32,000 nt of DNA from Cylindrospermopsis raciborskii Cr2010 (GCF_003367075.2 NZ_CP065936.1:660001-692000), one strand, 5' to 3'; positions 18,749-27,899 are shown, counted from the first letter of the stretch. Notes: generated by a model not told the origin, from the letters alone. A program made the numbers and translations.

Positions 18749-19207
18749 ATGTTAGTTAATGCGATAGTCGCCTATTTACACTATTTGAGCTTAGCAATTA
18801 TCTTTGGTTCCTTATGTACAGAACTATTTACCCTTAAACCAGACCTAACCAATAAAGAAGGATGGCGAGTTCTTATAGCTGATAGCGCCTACGGAATTGC
18901 AGGGGTTACCGTCCTAATCACAGGTGTTCTCCGAGTTTTGTACTTAGAGAAAGGAGCTGCATACTATACTCATCAACCGGTTTTCTGGTTGAAAATATCC
19001 ATATTTATCCTGGTTGGGTTATTGTCCTTGTATCCCACCTTTTCATTTTTGATGTGGATTAAAAATCTCCGTAATCAGAATTCCCCAGAAGTCAGTCCCG
19101 AAAAAATCAATCTGCTCAAAACTATTATTCGTCTAGAGCTTGTGGGATTTAGCCTAATTCCCCTTTTTGCTTCAATGATGGCAAGAGGAATTAGACTAGG
19201 ATTATAA
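18749..19207 (+). CDS. DUF2214-like membrane protein
   Basis: Four hydrophobic segments, AYLHYLSLAIIFGSL. Confidence 0.65.
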   Translation: MLVNAIVAYLHYLSLAIIFGSLCTELFTLKPDLTNKEGWRVLIADSAYGIAGVTVLITGVLRVLYLEKGAAYYTHQPVFWLKISIFILVGLLSLYPTFSFLMWIKNLRNQNSPEVSPEKINLLKTIIRLELVGFSLIPLFASMMARGIRLGL

Positions 19208-19402
19208 TAGGTGTGTCTTTGTTTGTACCCATTTTCTCCTCTATAGGTAGCTTGCAAGCACTAAATCCCACACAAAGAGATAGGGTATGTAAGGAGTTTG
19301 TAAAAATTTGTTGCAACTAGCAAAGTCAGTTTAGGATAAAGATCCATCTATGTTATAGTGGGGCGGTAAATAATTATCTTTTCTAATTACAGGGAATCTA
19401 GT

Positions 19403-20041
19403 ATGGCTCTCCATCTTGGTGATACAGTACCAAACTTTACACAAGCATCAACACACGGTGAAATCAACTTCTATGAGTGGGCGAGTGACAGCTGGGTAGT
19501 GCTGTTTTCCCACCCTGCTGATTACACACCTGTTTGTACCACAGAATTAGGCACAGTTGCTAAATTAAAACCCGAATTTGACAAACGTAACGTCAAGGCG
19601 ATCGCATTGAGTGTGGACGATGTAGAATCCCACCAAGGATGGGTAGGGGATATTGAAGAAACCCAAAGCACCACACTAAACTACCCAATTATAGCAGATC
19701 CAGACAAAAAGGTTTCCGAGCTATATGATATGATTCACCCAAATGCGGCAGCCAATATTACAGTGCGCTCCGTATTTGTCATTGATCCCAACAAAAAACT
19801 TCGTCTTTCCTTCACCTATCCTCCCAGCACCGGACGTAACTTTGATGAGTTATTGCGGGTTATTGATTCCCTGCAATTAACTGATAACTACAGTGTAGCG
19901 ACTCCAGCAGACTGGAAAGACGGTGAAGATTGCGTAATTGTACCATCCCTAAAAGACCCAGAAGTTCTGAAAGAGAAATTTCCCAAGGGTTATCAAGAAA
20001 TCAAACCCTATTTACGGTTCACCCCCCAACCCAATAAGTAG
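19403..20041 (+). CDS. 1-Cys peroxiredoxin (Prx6-type)
   Basis: LFSHPADYTPVCTTELG and FTYPPSTGRNFDELLRVIDSLQ. Confidence 0.93.
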   Translation: MALHLGDTVPNFTQASTHGEINFYEWASDSWVVLFSHPADYTPVCTTELGTVAKLKPEFDKRNVKAIALSVDDVESHQGWVGDIEETQSTTLNYPIIADPDKKVSELYDMIHPNAAANITVRSVFVIDPNKKLRLSFTYPPSTGRNFDELLRVIDSLQLTDNYSVATPADWKDGEDCVIVPSLKDPEVLKEKFPKGYQEIKPYLRFTPQPNK

Positions 20042-20150
20042 AGGTTAGATCCAAACACATGGCGTGCCAAGCTCTTGCTAGCGCGCCCAGCATATAATGA
20101 ATAAAAATATAATTACTCAAACCTATAAGCAGTGACTTAATCTAATTAGT

Positions 20151-21125
20151 ATGGATATTAAAAGAGGATTTATTGGCACAATTGGCAACACTCCACTAAT
20201 CAGACTGAACAGCTTTAGTGAAGAAACTGGTTGTGAAATTTTAGGTAAAGCGGAATTCCTCAATCCTGGAGGATCCGTGAAGGATCGTGCTGCACTTTAC
20301 ATAATTGAAGATGCGGAAAAAAAGGGTTTATTAAGACCTGGTGGTACTGTAGTGGAGGGAACTGCGGGTAATACAGGGATTGGCTTAGCTCATATATGTA
20401 ATGCTAAAGGTTATAAATGTTTAATTATTATTCCGAACACCCAGTCCCAGGAAAAAATAGATGCGCTGACAACATTAGGGGCGGAAGTTCGTCCAGTACC
20501 AGCAGTGCCCTATAAAGATCCTAACAACTACGTCCGACTGTCTGGTAGAATAGCTCAGGAAATGTCTAATGCCATTTGGGCGAATCAATTTGATAATTTA
20601 GCCAATCGTTGTGCTCATTACGAGACCACGGGGGAGGAAATTTGGCAACAGACAGGTGGTAAAATAGATGGGTGGGTAGCAGCAACTGGAACAGGGGGAA
20701 CTTATGCTGGGGTGGCAATGTGCTTAAAAGAAAAGAATTCTAATATTAAATGTGTGGTTGCTGATCCCTTGGGTAGTGGTTTATATAGTTATATTAAAAC
20801 TGGTAAGATAAGTATAGAGGGTAATTCCATCACCGAGGGAATTGGTAATAGTAGGATTACAGCGAATATGGAGGATGTTCCCATTGATGATGCGATTCAA
20901 ATTAATGATCAGGAAGCTTTGAGAGTAGTGTATCAGTTGTTAAGAAGAGACGGTTTATTGATGGGTGGTTCAACGGGGATTAATGTTGGTGCAGCTGTAG
21001 CTTTAGCTAGGGAGTTGGGTCCAGGACACACTATTGTGACTATTTTATGTGATAGTGGGTCTCGTTATCAGTCGCGTATATTTAATCCTGAGTGGTTAGC
21101 GACTAAAGGTTTGGTAATGGGTTAG
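20151..21125 (+). CDS. cysK: cysteine synthase A family protein
   Basis: [25 protein letters not shown] lysine, [20 protein letters not shown]. Confidence 0.88.
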   Translation: MDIKRGFIGTIGNTPLIRLNSFSEETGCEILGKAEFLNPGGSVKDRAALYIIEDAEKKGLLRPGGTVVEGTAGNTGIGLAHICNAKGYKCLIIIPNTQSQEKIDALTTLGAEVRPVPAVPYKDPNNYVRLSGRIAQEMSNAIWANQFDNLANRCAHYETTGEEIWQQTGGKIDGWVAATGTGGTYAGVAMCLKEKNSNIKCVVADPLGSGLYSYIKTGKISIEGNSITEGIGNSRITANMEDVPIDDAIQINDQEALRVVYQLLRRDGLLMGGSTGINVGAAVALARELGPGHTIVTILCDSGSRYQSRIFNPEWLATKGLVMG

Positions 21126-21227
21126 GGTCTTGGCCTTCTTGAAGCGATTGCGTGGGTTCTTCTTGTAGGATTTTTTCGGTCATGGTAGTCATAATTTTAT
21201 CCCGTTTTGACTATTGGGATTATAACA

Positions 21228-21974
21228 CTACTTTCTGGCAATGTAAAAACCATACCCAAAGTACTTGTTGAACTTGTGGTAGAGTTCAATTTCACTTCTT
21301 TCTTGTTTCACGATTTCTGCTGCTGCTACAATATCAGTATGTCGCCGAATGAAGTCATCAAAACTTGACACCAATGGATTGTAGTAATTTTCCTTCCAGC
21401 AGTAATCTGGAAGCGGAAAGTATCCTATTGGTGAGAAACCGTTTTTTTCAAGAACCATCATCTTCCGTGAGGCCGTATTGATTTCGCCGTATTGAGTGTT
21501 CCAGTAGTCCTCAATTTCTTGTGGACGTTCATCAGTCAACCAAGTGATTTCAGATATTGCCAAAATGCCATCTTCCTTGAGAAAGTTCTTCCAATACTTG
21601 ATACCATTCTCAAACCCCATATTGTAAATTGAACCTTCTCCCCAGATGACATCCAACTGGTTTTCCACAAAAGGTAATTCCTCCATTGGTGAGGTCATTG
21701 TAATTATTCTGTCACTGACTCCATGTTCAATTGCTTTCTTGTGAAGTTTATCTAGGAACTCAGTAGCTATGTCTACTGCTATTATAGATGCTTGCAACTC
21801 TTTTGCTAAAATAAGTGCTGATGCGCCTGTGCCACAACCAATATCAGCAATTTTAAGTCCGGAATGGTTCTTGATTCCTGAGAGTTCTATAGCAAGTTTA
21901 GTTTCTCTGTTTCCCCCAGGTCCTTGTCTTTGTTGATCCTTGTGAAGATCAATTACCAGGTTAAGATTCTCCAT
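21228..21974 (-). CDS. class I SAM-dependent methyltransferase
   Basis: KIADIGCGTGASALILAKEL; VIWGEGSIYNMGFENGIKYWKNFLKEDG. Confidence 0.88.
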   Translation of the reverse strand: MENLNLVIDLHKDQQRQGPGGNRETKLAIELSGIKNHSGLKIADIGCGTGASALILAKELQASIIAVDIATEFLDKLHKKAIEHGVSDRIITMTSPMEELPFVENQLDVIWGEGSIYNMGFENGIKYWKNFLKEDGILAISEITWLTDERPQEIEDYWNTQYGEINTASRKMMVLEKNGFSPIGYFPLPDYCWKENYYNPLVSSFDDFIRRHTDIVAAAEIVKQERSEIELYHKFNKYFGYGFYIARK

Positions 21975-22080
21975 ACCTCAAGAATTTTTTATCAAAAAAG
22001 GGCTTTGCGCTCACAAAAAGCACTCAAATTTATTGTTGGGCGCCCCCATATTATAATTCATAAAAAAGAATATGACTAAG

Positions 22081-22182
22081 TTATAGATATTGAAACACAA
22101 GGCGATCGCATTCTGGAACCACTACACTGCCAACTACTGTGGTGTCATTAACATTGCCGATAAAATTCCTAGTCTGTGCCAT
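22081..22182 (-). CDS. candidate small ORF (33 aa) MAQTRNFIGNVNDTTVVGSVVVPECDRLVFQYL
   Basis: ATG at 22182 preceded by AGAGG. The first 27 codons are duplicated at 25387. Confidence 0.35.
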   Translation of the reverse strand: MAQTRNFIGNVNDTTVVGSVVVPECDRLVFQYL

Positions 22183-22343
22183 AATTTGATTACCTCTAAA
22201 AGGGGTGTAAGGTGATCCGGATTTCTTGGAGGAAAGCCTCGATCACCTTACCTTTAAGTATAAAACTACTTGAATAAATATGCAATAGGTTTATTGAAAA
22301 AAATTAATAAAATTTGTAAATCTTTTAGACTTGTCAAGCATAA
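22102..22343. repeat. ~242 bp direct repeat, left copy
   Basis: Aligned by eye to 25307-25549 at roughly 93% identity, same orientation. Contains a TAAGGTGATC...GATCACCTTA inverted repeat. Confidence 0.93.
22208..22250 (-). promoter_or_regulatory. leader hairpin inside the left direct repeat
   Basis: 10-bp perfect stem with 23-nt loop between a candidate promoter (TTGCAT-N17-TATACT, minus strand, 22257-22285) and the small ORF. Confidence 0.5.
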
Positions 22344-22513
22344 GTGAAAAATATAAGAAATTTGGACTCACGCAATCCCCTCGGAACCACAAGGATGGTT
22401 TACACTGTAAATTGTGGTCAATAAAGAAAACTGCTGTAATAGTTATGCCATTTTAACCTTGCCATATAGGATACACTTATCTACTTAATTTTCTATATGG
22501 CCTTAGATTTTAT

Positions 22514-24082
22514 ATGAAAGAGTTCAACACAGTCGGCATTTGTCAGATAGAAAAGCACTACATGTGCGATGTGACAGCAAAATTCAATAGATGTAGTCAA
22601 CTGATAGAAAGTGGCAAATATTTTGCCATCAATTTCCCCCGCCAACATGGGAAGACCACCATGCAGAATCTGCTGGCAAAAAGCTTTGAGAAGGTGGAAA
22701 CATATCTGGTAATCAGCACCAGTTTCGAGGGGATTGGCGACCTACCATTTGAAAGTGAGAAAAATCTGGCGGGCATGATACCTGTGGTTTTTGCCAAAGG
22801 ATTGTTCTTCAACCACCCGGAACTAGCGGACTGGCTTGAAGGTGAAGCCAGGAAAATAGAAAACTTCCAACAACTTTCAAGATTTATCAGCGATTGGGTT
22901 AGTAAGTCTGGGCTAAAAATTGTTTTGCTGCTGGACGAAATTGACAAAGCCAGCAACAACCAGGTGTTCATCAATTTCTTGTCCTTGTTACGGGACAAAT
23001 ACCTAGCAGCAGCACAAGGTCGAGATGCCACCTTTCATTCCGTAGTACTGATTGGTATCCATGATGTGAAGACCTTGAAGTTAAAGCTTACCACGGGTGA
23101 GGAGCGCAAGCTGAACAGTCCTTGGAACATTGCTGTAGACTTGGATATCGAATTCACCTTCACCCAGCAGGAAATTGAACCCATGCTCGTGGAATATGCC
23201 CGTGAGCATATACTCACCATAGACTCTCATTTATTGGCTCAGCTTCTGTTTTACTATACCAATGGTAATCCTTTCCTTATTAGCAAGATGTGCCAGGTCA
23301 TTGATGAAGTTTATATGCGTGAAAATAAGCGACCTTGGGCATCTGAGGACATCGACGCAGCCTACACATACCTAGTGGATGGAGCTTATACCACGACCCA
23401 CTTTGATGATATTGACAAAAACCTGGAAAACAACGAAGATCTTTTCCACCTGGTCAAAGATATTGTGATCAATGGTATGGCATTGAAGTTCAATGTCAGC
23501 AATCCAGTTATTGCCAAGGGCAAAGTCTATGGAATACTAAGGGGAAACGAGCAGGGTCTCTGCGATATCAGCAATAAAATCTATGAATACCGAATTCTTG
23601 ACTACCTACTTTCTAAGCAGGAAACTGACCATGGCCTCCTTGACCGATACCGAGACAGCGGATTCATATCTGGTGGAAGACTCAATATTGAGCTAATCTT
23701 GGAGAGATTCCAGTGGTTCATGCAGGAGCATCATTCATCTAAAGACAACGATTTTCTGGAGTCCAACGGGCGTATGTTGCTCATGTCTTTCTTTCGCCCG
23801 ATCATCAATGGTAAGGGATACCTATTTAAGGAGAATGTGACTGCGGAAGACCGTAGGATGGATTTGGTGGTTACCTACAACAACCAGCGTTATGTGATCG
23901 AACTGAAAATCTGGTACGGTGAAAAGCGGCTCCAGGATGGACTTGATCAGCTTTGTAGCTACCTAGATTCGTACAGGTTGAACGAGGGACATATAATTGT
24001 ATTCAATTTTAATAAAAACAAGGCCTACGATACACGGAAAATTGTTCACCGTGGCAAACGTCTTACTGCTGTCTTCGTCTAG
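22514..24082 (+). CDS. AAA-like ATPase with C-terminal PD-(D/E)XK-like domain
   Basis: Walker A-like FPRQHGKTT, Walker B IVLLLDEIDK, C-terminal RRMDLVVTYNNQRYVIELKIWYG. Confidence 0.82.
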   Translation: MKEFNTVGICQIEKHYMCDVTAKFNRCSQLIESGKYFAINFPRQHGKTTMQNLLAKSFEKVETYLVISTSFEGIGDLPFESEKNLAGMIPVVFAKGLFFNHPELADWLEGEARKIENFQQLSRFISDWVSKSGLKIVLLLDEIDKASNNQVFINFLSLLRDKYLAAAQGRDATFHSVVLIGIHDVKTLKLKLTTGEERKLNSPWNIAVDLDIEFTFTQQEIEPMLVEYAREHILTIDSHLLAQLLFYYTNGNPFLISKMCQVIDEVYMRENKRPWASEDIDAAYTYLVDGAYTTTHFDDIDKNLENNEDLFHLVKDIVINGMALKFNVSNPVIAKGKVYGILRGNEQGLCDISNKIYEYRILDYLLSKQETDHGLLDRYRDSGFISGGRLNIELILERFQWFMQEHHSSKDNDFLESNGRMLLMSFFRPIINGKGYLFKENVTAEDRRMDLVVTYNNQRYVIELKIWYGEKRLQDGLDQLCSYLDSYRLNEGHIIVFNFNKNKAYDTRKIVHRGKRLTAVFV

Positions 24083-24112
24083 CCAACTGTTGATGCGATC
24101 GCCCAGTGTAAT

Positions 24113-24550
24113 CTACCGTCGGTAAAGTAGATGGTCTGGATCTAGCCACACAATGTAAAAGATTTCTTCAATAAAGAAGCCGTGCACCCTGCCATGTTCA
24201 TTGGAACAAATAGAAAATTGATAAGGTGTATCCACTATCTGTTCTTCTCCAGGGATACCAAAGCCCGATTCAGTTGTATCCTCCCAAGTAATTGGATGGC
24301 AGCGTAACGCTTTACTACGGTTGCTGATAAGTTCCTGAGCCGTCCAACTAGAAATATCTCTAAGTCTTTCAAGAAGACCAAGCAAGTAATCGGAGTTCCT
24401 ACCCACAACTGAAAAATCCCTGTGGTCACTCTGAAAGTACTTGTATGAGAAGCTTATTCCTTTTGACCAATTCTCTGTGACAGTGGGCTTTATTTTAGAA
24501 GGAGACTGATTTTGAAGTTCAGTCTTCTTAATCTTATTCTTCTTCGGCAC
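24113..24550 (-). CDS. putative toxin partner of the Panacea-domain antitoxin, ~145 aa
   Basis: The GTG at 24550, preceded by GGGAGT, overlaps the upstream gene by 17 bp. The called ORF from 24640 includes out-of-frame antitoxin sequence. FYIVWLDPDHLLY C-terminus. Confidence 0.6.
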   Translation of the reverse strand: MPKKNKIKKTELQNQSPSKIKPTVTENWSKGISFSYKYFQSDHRDFSVVGRNSDYLLGLLERLRDISSWTAQELISNRSKALRCHPITWEDTTESGFGIPGEEQIVDTPYQFSICSNEHGRVHGFFIEEIFYIVWLDPDHLLYRR

Positions 24551-24992
24551 GTACTTTGTAATACTCCCTGATAGATTCCTTGGTAATAATTTCATTACAG
24601 GGAGCATCCATAGGTAGGGAACCCCTTGCTCTTGCTTCAATCCAAGGGGTTTCTTGGTGGGTCATGCGTTCTAATTCGTAAGCATCGCACTGGAAGTACA
24701 CTTCCACAACCTCATCCAAAAAACTTCTGATATTTTCAGGCAAGTTAGGCTCCTCTACTTCTTGTTGGATGGGACGCCATCCAAAACCCTTATATTGCTG
24801 ATACAGCACAGGAATGACCGGCCCATGAACCCAGGCCTCAAATTCTTCTTCAAACAGAGCAGTATCGTAGAGCGCTAAATGCCAGGCCTGAGCATAGTAA
24901 ACCAGCTTTTGTAATTTGAGGTTGCTAATATATGAACCAGTTTCGTTTGCCAGGTGAATGAAATAACGTGCTACATCAAAACTAGTAAGCAT
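24534..24992 (-). CDS. Panacea/SocA-like (DUF4065) protein, probable antitoxin
   Basis: FDVARYFIHLANETGSYISNLKLQKLVYYAQAWHLALYDTALFEEEFEAWVHGPVIPVLYQQYK is characteristic of DUF4065. Confidence 0.9.
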   Translation of the reverse strand: MLTSFDVARYFIHLANETGSYISNLKLQKLVYYAQAWHLALYDTALFEEEFEAWVHGPVIPVLYQQYKGFGWRPIQQEVEEPNLPENIRSFLDEVVEVYFQCDAYELERMTHQETPWIEARARGSLPMDAPCNEIITKESIREYYKVRAEEE

Positions 24993-25145
24993 GTTTTTCC
25001 CCCTTTAAACCAGGACAAGAACCAAGAATTCCCCACACTTAACATAGGGTAATCATAACAATAGGTGCATCAAAAGTCAAGTTAAATTTAGAATTGCTGA
25101 CGATCACCACTTTTTGTTTTTGTCGATAGCTTCTGCAGTGTACAC

Positions 25146-25286
25146 ATAGGTGTTATCTTTTGGTTAATTCCCAACAAGAGGCATCTCTAACGCTTATTTT
25201 AGCATACCAGTCAGCTACTTTTGTATTGGGGTGTCTCACCTTAAAAAGTAGTATTGGTAACGCTTTGGCTATTTCCGGAGATGTCT
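25146..25286 (-). mobile_element. 141-bp solo end of the IS5-like element
   Basis: Reverse complement matches 30293-30433 at 138/141 positions, including the terminal AGACATCTCCGG. No second terminus and no transposase. Confidence 0.92.
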
Positions 25287-25387
25287 AATCGCTTTAATGG
25301 TTCCCTGCGATCGCATTCTGGAACTACCACGATGCCAACTACAGTAGTGTCATTAACATTGCCAGTAAAATTCCTAGTCTGTGCCAT
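25241..25387 (-). CDS. candidate small ORF copy 2 (48 aa), fused to IS-end sequence
   Basis: MAQTRNFTGNVNDTTVVGIVVVPECDRREPLKRLD then ISGNSQSVTNTTF encoded by the IS end. Confidence 0.3.
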   Translation of the reverse strand: MAQTRNFTGNVNDTTVVGIVVVPECDRREPLKRLDISGNSQSVTNTTF

Positions 25388-25549
25388 AATTTGATTACCT
25401 CTAAAAGGGGTGTAAGGTGATCCGGATTTCTTGGAGGAAGGCCTCGATCACCTTACCTTTAAATATAAAACTACTTGACTAAATATGCAAGAAGTTTATT
25501 GAAAATAAATTAATAAAGCTTGTAAATCTTTTAGACTTGTCAAGCATAA
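25307..25549. repeat. ~242 bp direct repeat, right copy
   Basis: Same orientation as 22102-22343, with promoter-like element, hairpin and ORF start conserved. Confidence 0.93.
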
Positions 25550-25670
25550 ATAGATTTGTTGGGTAATAATCCAGAATATTCCTGAAAGGCTTTTCCGACA
25601 AGGATTTCGGGAATTATACCGTGAAATCCCTCAAAGATGGACTCCATAAGGATTTCTGGTATTTTAATCA

Positions 25671-26585
25671 CTATTTCCCAACAGGTCTAATGTAAACTTC
25701 CACAACTCTTGCATCAATATTTTCACTAGGATCAGAATTAATCACGTTTTGTCTTTTCACTTCCCAGCCAATTCTCTCTACTGATCCCTGCAATTCTCCC
25801 TCAAGAGAACTACTAGATATTTTCACCTGCTGCTGAGGAAGGATTTTACTAATGTCACTCTGGTAGACTTCCGCTACTGCGTACATCTGACTAGTTTCGC
25901 CAATTTCTACTATCCCCTCATTCCCCACTAGCTCTCCAGCGCGGGTATGGATCTCAAATACTACTCCCTTTTGAGGAGATTTAATATAGGCTTGATCCAA
26001 ATTGACCTTTGCTTGCTGTGCTGCTGCTTTGGCACGATTTAGTTCCGCCCTCGCTGCTGCTATATCTATAGGACGTACTTCCGCAATTTTATTCAAAATA
26101 GCTTTGGCTGAGATAATTTGCTCCCCACCTGTAGAACGGATTCGATTTAGAGCAGTTTTTGCCTCTTCAATTTGCTTTCTGCTAGTATTATCTATTGCTT
26201 CTGCTTCTTCGTATGCTGCTTGTAATCGAGGTTTGTTGTCTAAAATTGCTATTATTTGTCCAACCTTTACCATATCTCCCTCTTTTACCAACAGTCTCTC
26301 AACCCTACTTCCCTGAGTTAAGGTGGATGCAGAAAGTTTAATCACTTTTCCTCTCGGTTCAAGTCTTCCTAAAGCAGTGACAGTATGAATTGGTGGTATG
26401 GTACTTTCACTCGTTGGTGTTTGATTAGCTTTAGAATGTTGGGTTAGCAAAATCTTGTACAGCTGCAACCCACCAACTCCCATAATTATGGCAGTTCCTA
26501 GGATAACTAATGATCTTAGCACTTGTGGATTTGGCTTAGACTCTAGATCACCTACCATAGCTTTTACCTCGAATTTACTTGCCAC
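25671..26585 (-). CDS. devB: DevB-like HlyD-family membrane fusion protein, apparently 3' truncated
   Basis: VTALGRLEPRGKVIKLSA, GAELVG/AGELVGNEGIVEIGETSQMYAVAEVYQSDI. Ends at ARVVEVYIRPVGK without the usual final strand. No devC/devA follows. Confidence 0.75.
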   Translation of the reverse strand: MASKFEVKAMVGDLESKPNPQVLRSLVILGTAIIMGVGGLQLYKILLTQHSKANQTPTSESTIPPIHTVTALGRLEPRGKVIKLSASTLTQGSRVERLLVKEGDMVKVGQIIAILDNKPRLQAAYEEAEAIDNTSRKQIEEAKTALNRIRSTGGEQIISAKAILNKIAEVRPIDIAAARAELNRAKAAAQQAKVNLDQAYIKSPQKGVVFEIHTRAGELVGNEGIVEIGETSQMYAVAEVYQSDISKILPQQQVKISSSSLEGELQGSVERIGWEVKRQNVINSDPSENIDARVVEVYIRPVGK

Positions 26586-26657
26586 CCATTCCCAAAATTG
26601 AAGATTTTTCTTTCAACTCGTTATCATATTAATATCTTTTGGCTTACTTTTAAGACT

Positions 26658-27899
26658 ATGAATCAAACACTTACAGAAATATCTACACAAGTACATATAC
26701 AAACACCTAAAACAATCTGCATCCTAGGTGGCGGTTTTGGCGGACTTTACACCGCTTTACGTTTAAGCCAGCTAGATTGGGGAAATACAGAAAAGCCAGA
26801 AATTGTTTTAGTAGATCAAGGCGATCGCTTTATTTTTTCACCCCTATTGTATGAACTACTGACCAATGAACTGCAAACTTGGGAGATAGCACCCTCATAT
26901 CAGGAGATATTAGAAAATACCGGAGTACATTTCCATCAAGCCAAGGTTAGTGAAATTGACACAGATAATCAACAGGTAAAATTATGTGATGGAAAAATAT
27001 TCCCATACCACAGGTTAGTTTTGGCATTGGGGAGTGAAACCAATTTGGATCTGGTTCCTGGTGCTGTTAAGCATGCCTACCCATTTCGTACTATTTATGA
27101 TGTGCATCGGTTGGAAGAAAGACTGAGAATTTTGACAGCTACCGACCCGGAAAAAATTCGTATAGCCATAGTGGGTGCAGGTTACAGCGGAGTAGAATTG
27201 GCTTGTAAACTAGCAGATAGACTGGGAGAGAAAGGTAGATTGCGGTTAATAGAAACCGGAGATGAAATTCTGCGCACTTCTTCAGAGTTTAATCGCCAAC
27301 AGGCTAAAAAAGCATTAGAACAGAAAAGTGTGTTTATAGACTTAGAGACCAAAGTGGTATCTATAGGGGAAAATACGATATCCTTAGAGTATAAAAATCA
27401 AATAGATGAAATTCCCGTGGATTTAGTCATTTGGACCGTAGGAACGAGAATTTCGTCTTTGGTGCAAAATCTTCCCCTAGCACATAACCAAAGGGGACAA
27501 ATAACCTGCACTCCCACCCTACAAGTTATAGAGCATCCAGAAATTTTTGCCCTGGGAGACTTGGCAGACTGTAAGGACATAGAAGAACAACAACTACCCG
27601 GTACTGCTCAGGTAGCTTTTCAGCAAGCAGATTATGCAGCATGGAATATTTGGGCATCTTTAACCGATCGCCCCCTACTTCCTTTCCGCTATCAAGCACT
27701 AGGGGAAGTTATGGCTTTGGGGGTAGACAATGCTACTCTTACAGCTTTAGGGATTACATTAGATGGTTATTTAGGTTATCTTGTGCGGCGCTTAGTCTAT
27801 TTGTATAGATTACCGACTTTAGAACATCAGTTAAAGGTGGGTTTTAGTTGGTTACTGACTCCAATTATTAAAACGCTTTCCCAGGAGTCCAGGGAATGA
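26658..27899 (+). CDS. type II NADH dehydrogenase / FAD-dependent oxidoreductase
   Basis: ICILGGGFGGLYTALRL, second dinucleotide-binding motif IAIVGAGYSGVELACKLAD, GDLAD. ATG at 26658 preferred over the upstream TTG. Confidence 0.9.
   Translation: MNQTLTEISTQVHIQTPKTICILGGGFGGLYTALRLSQLDWGNTEKPEIVLVDQGDRFIFSPLLYELLTNELQTWEIAPSYQEILENTGVHFHQAKVSEIDTDNQQVKLCDGKIFPYHRLVLALGSETNLDLVPGAVKHAYPFRTIYDVHRLEERLRILTATDPEKIRIAIVGAGYSGVELACKLADRLGEKGRLRLIETGDEILRTSSEFNRQQAKKALEQKSVFIDLETKVVSIGENTISLEYKNQIDEIPVDLVIWTVGTRISSLVQNLPLAHNQRGQITCTPTLQVIEHPEIFALGDLADCKDIEEQQLPGTAQVAFQQADYAAWNIWASLTDRPLLPFRYQALGEVMALGVDNATLTALGITLDGYLGYLVRRLVYLYRLPTLEHQLKVGFSWLLTPIIKTLSQESRE

Noticed and set aside
22102-22343. 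The 242-bp repeat as a classical MITE or IS
   Set aside because: I could not find terminal inverted repeats or matching target duplications at its edges. The only clear inverted repeat is internal.
24551-24640. N-terminal extension of the called 175-aa ORF (24113-24640)
   Set aside because: It lies in an alternative frame inside the DUF4065 gene. The GTG at 24550 with an upstream GGGAGT is a better start.
22102-25549. CRISPR array or retron interpretation of the 242-bp repeats
   Set aside because: There are only two long copies 3.2 kb apart, with no spacer periodicity, and no cas or reverse transcriptase gene in the window.
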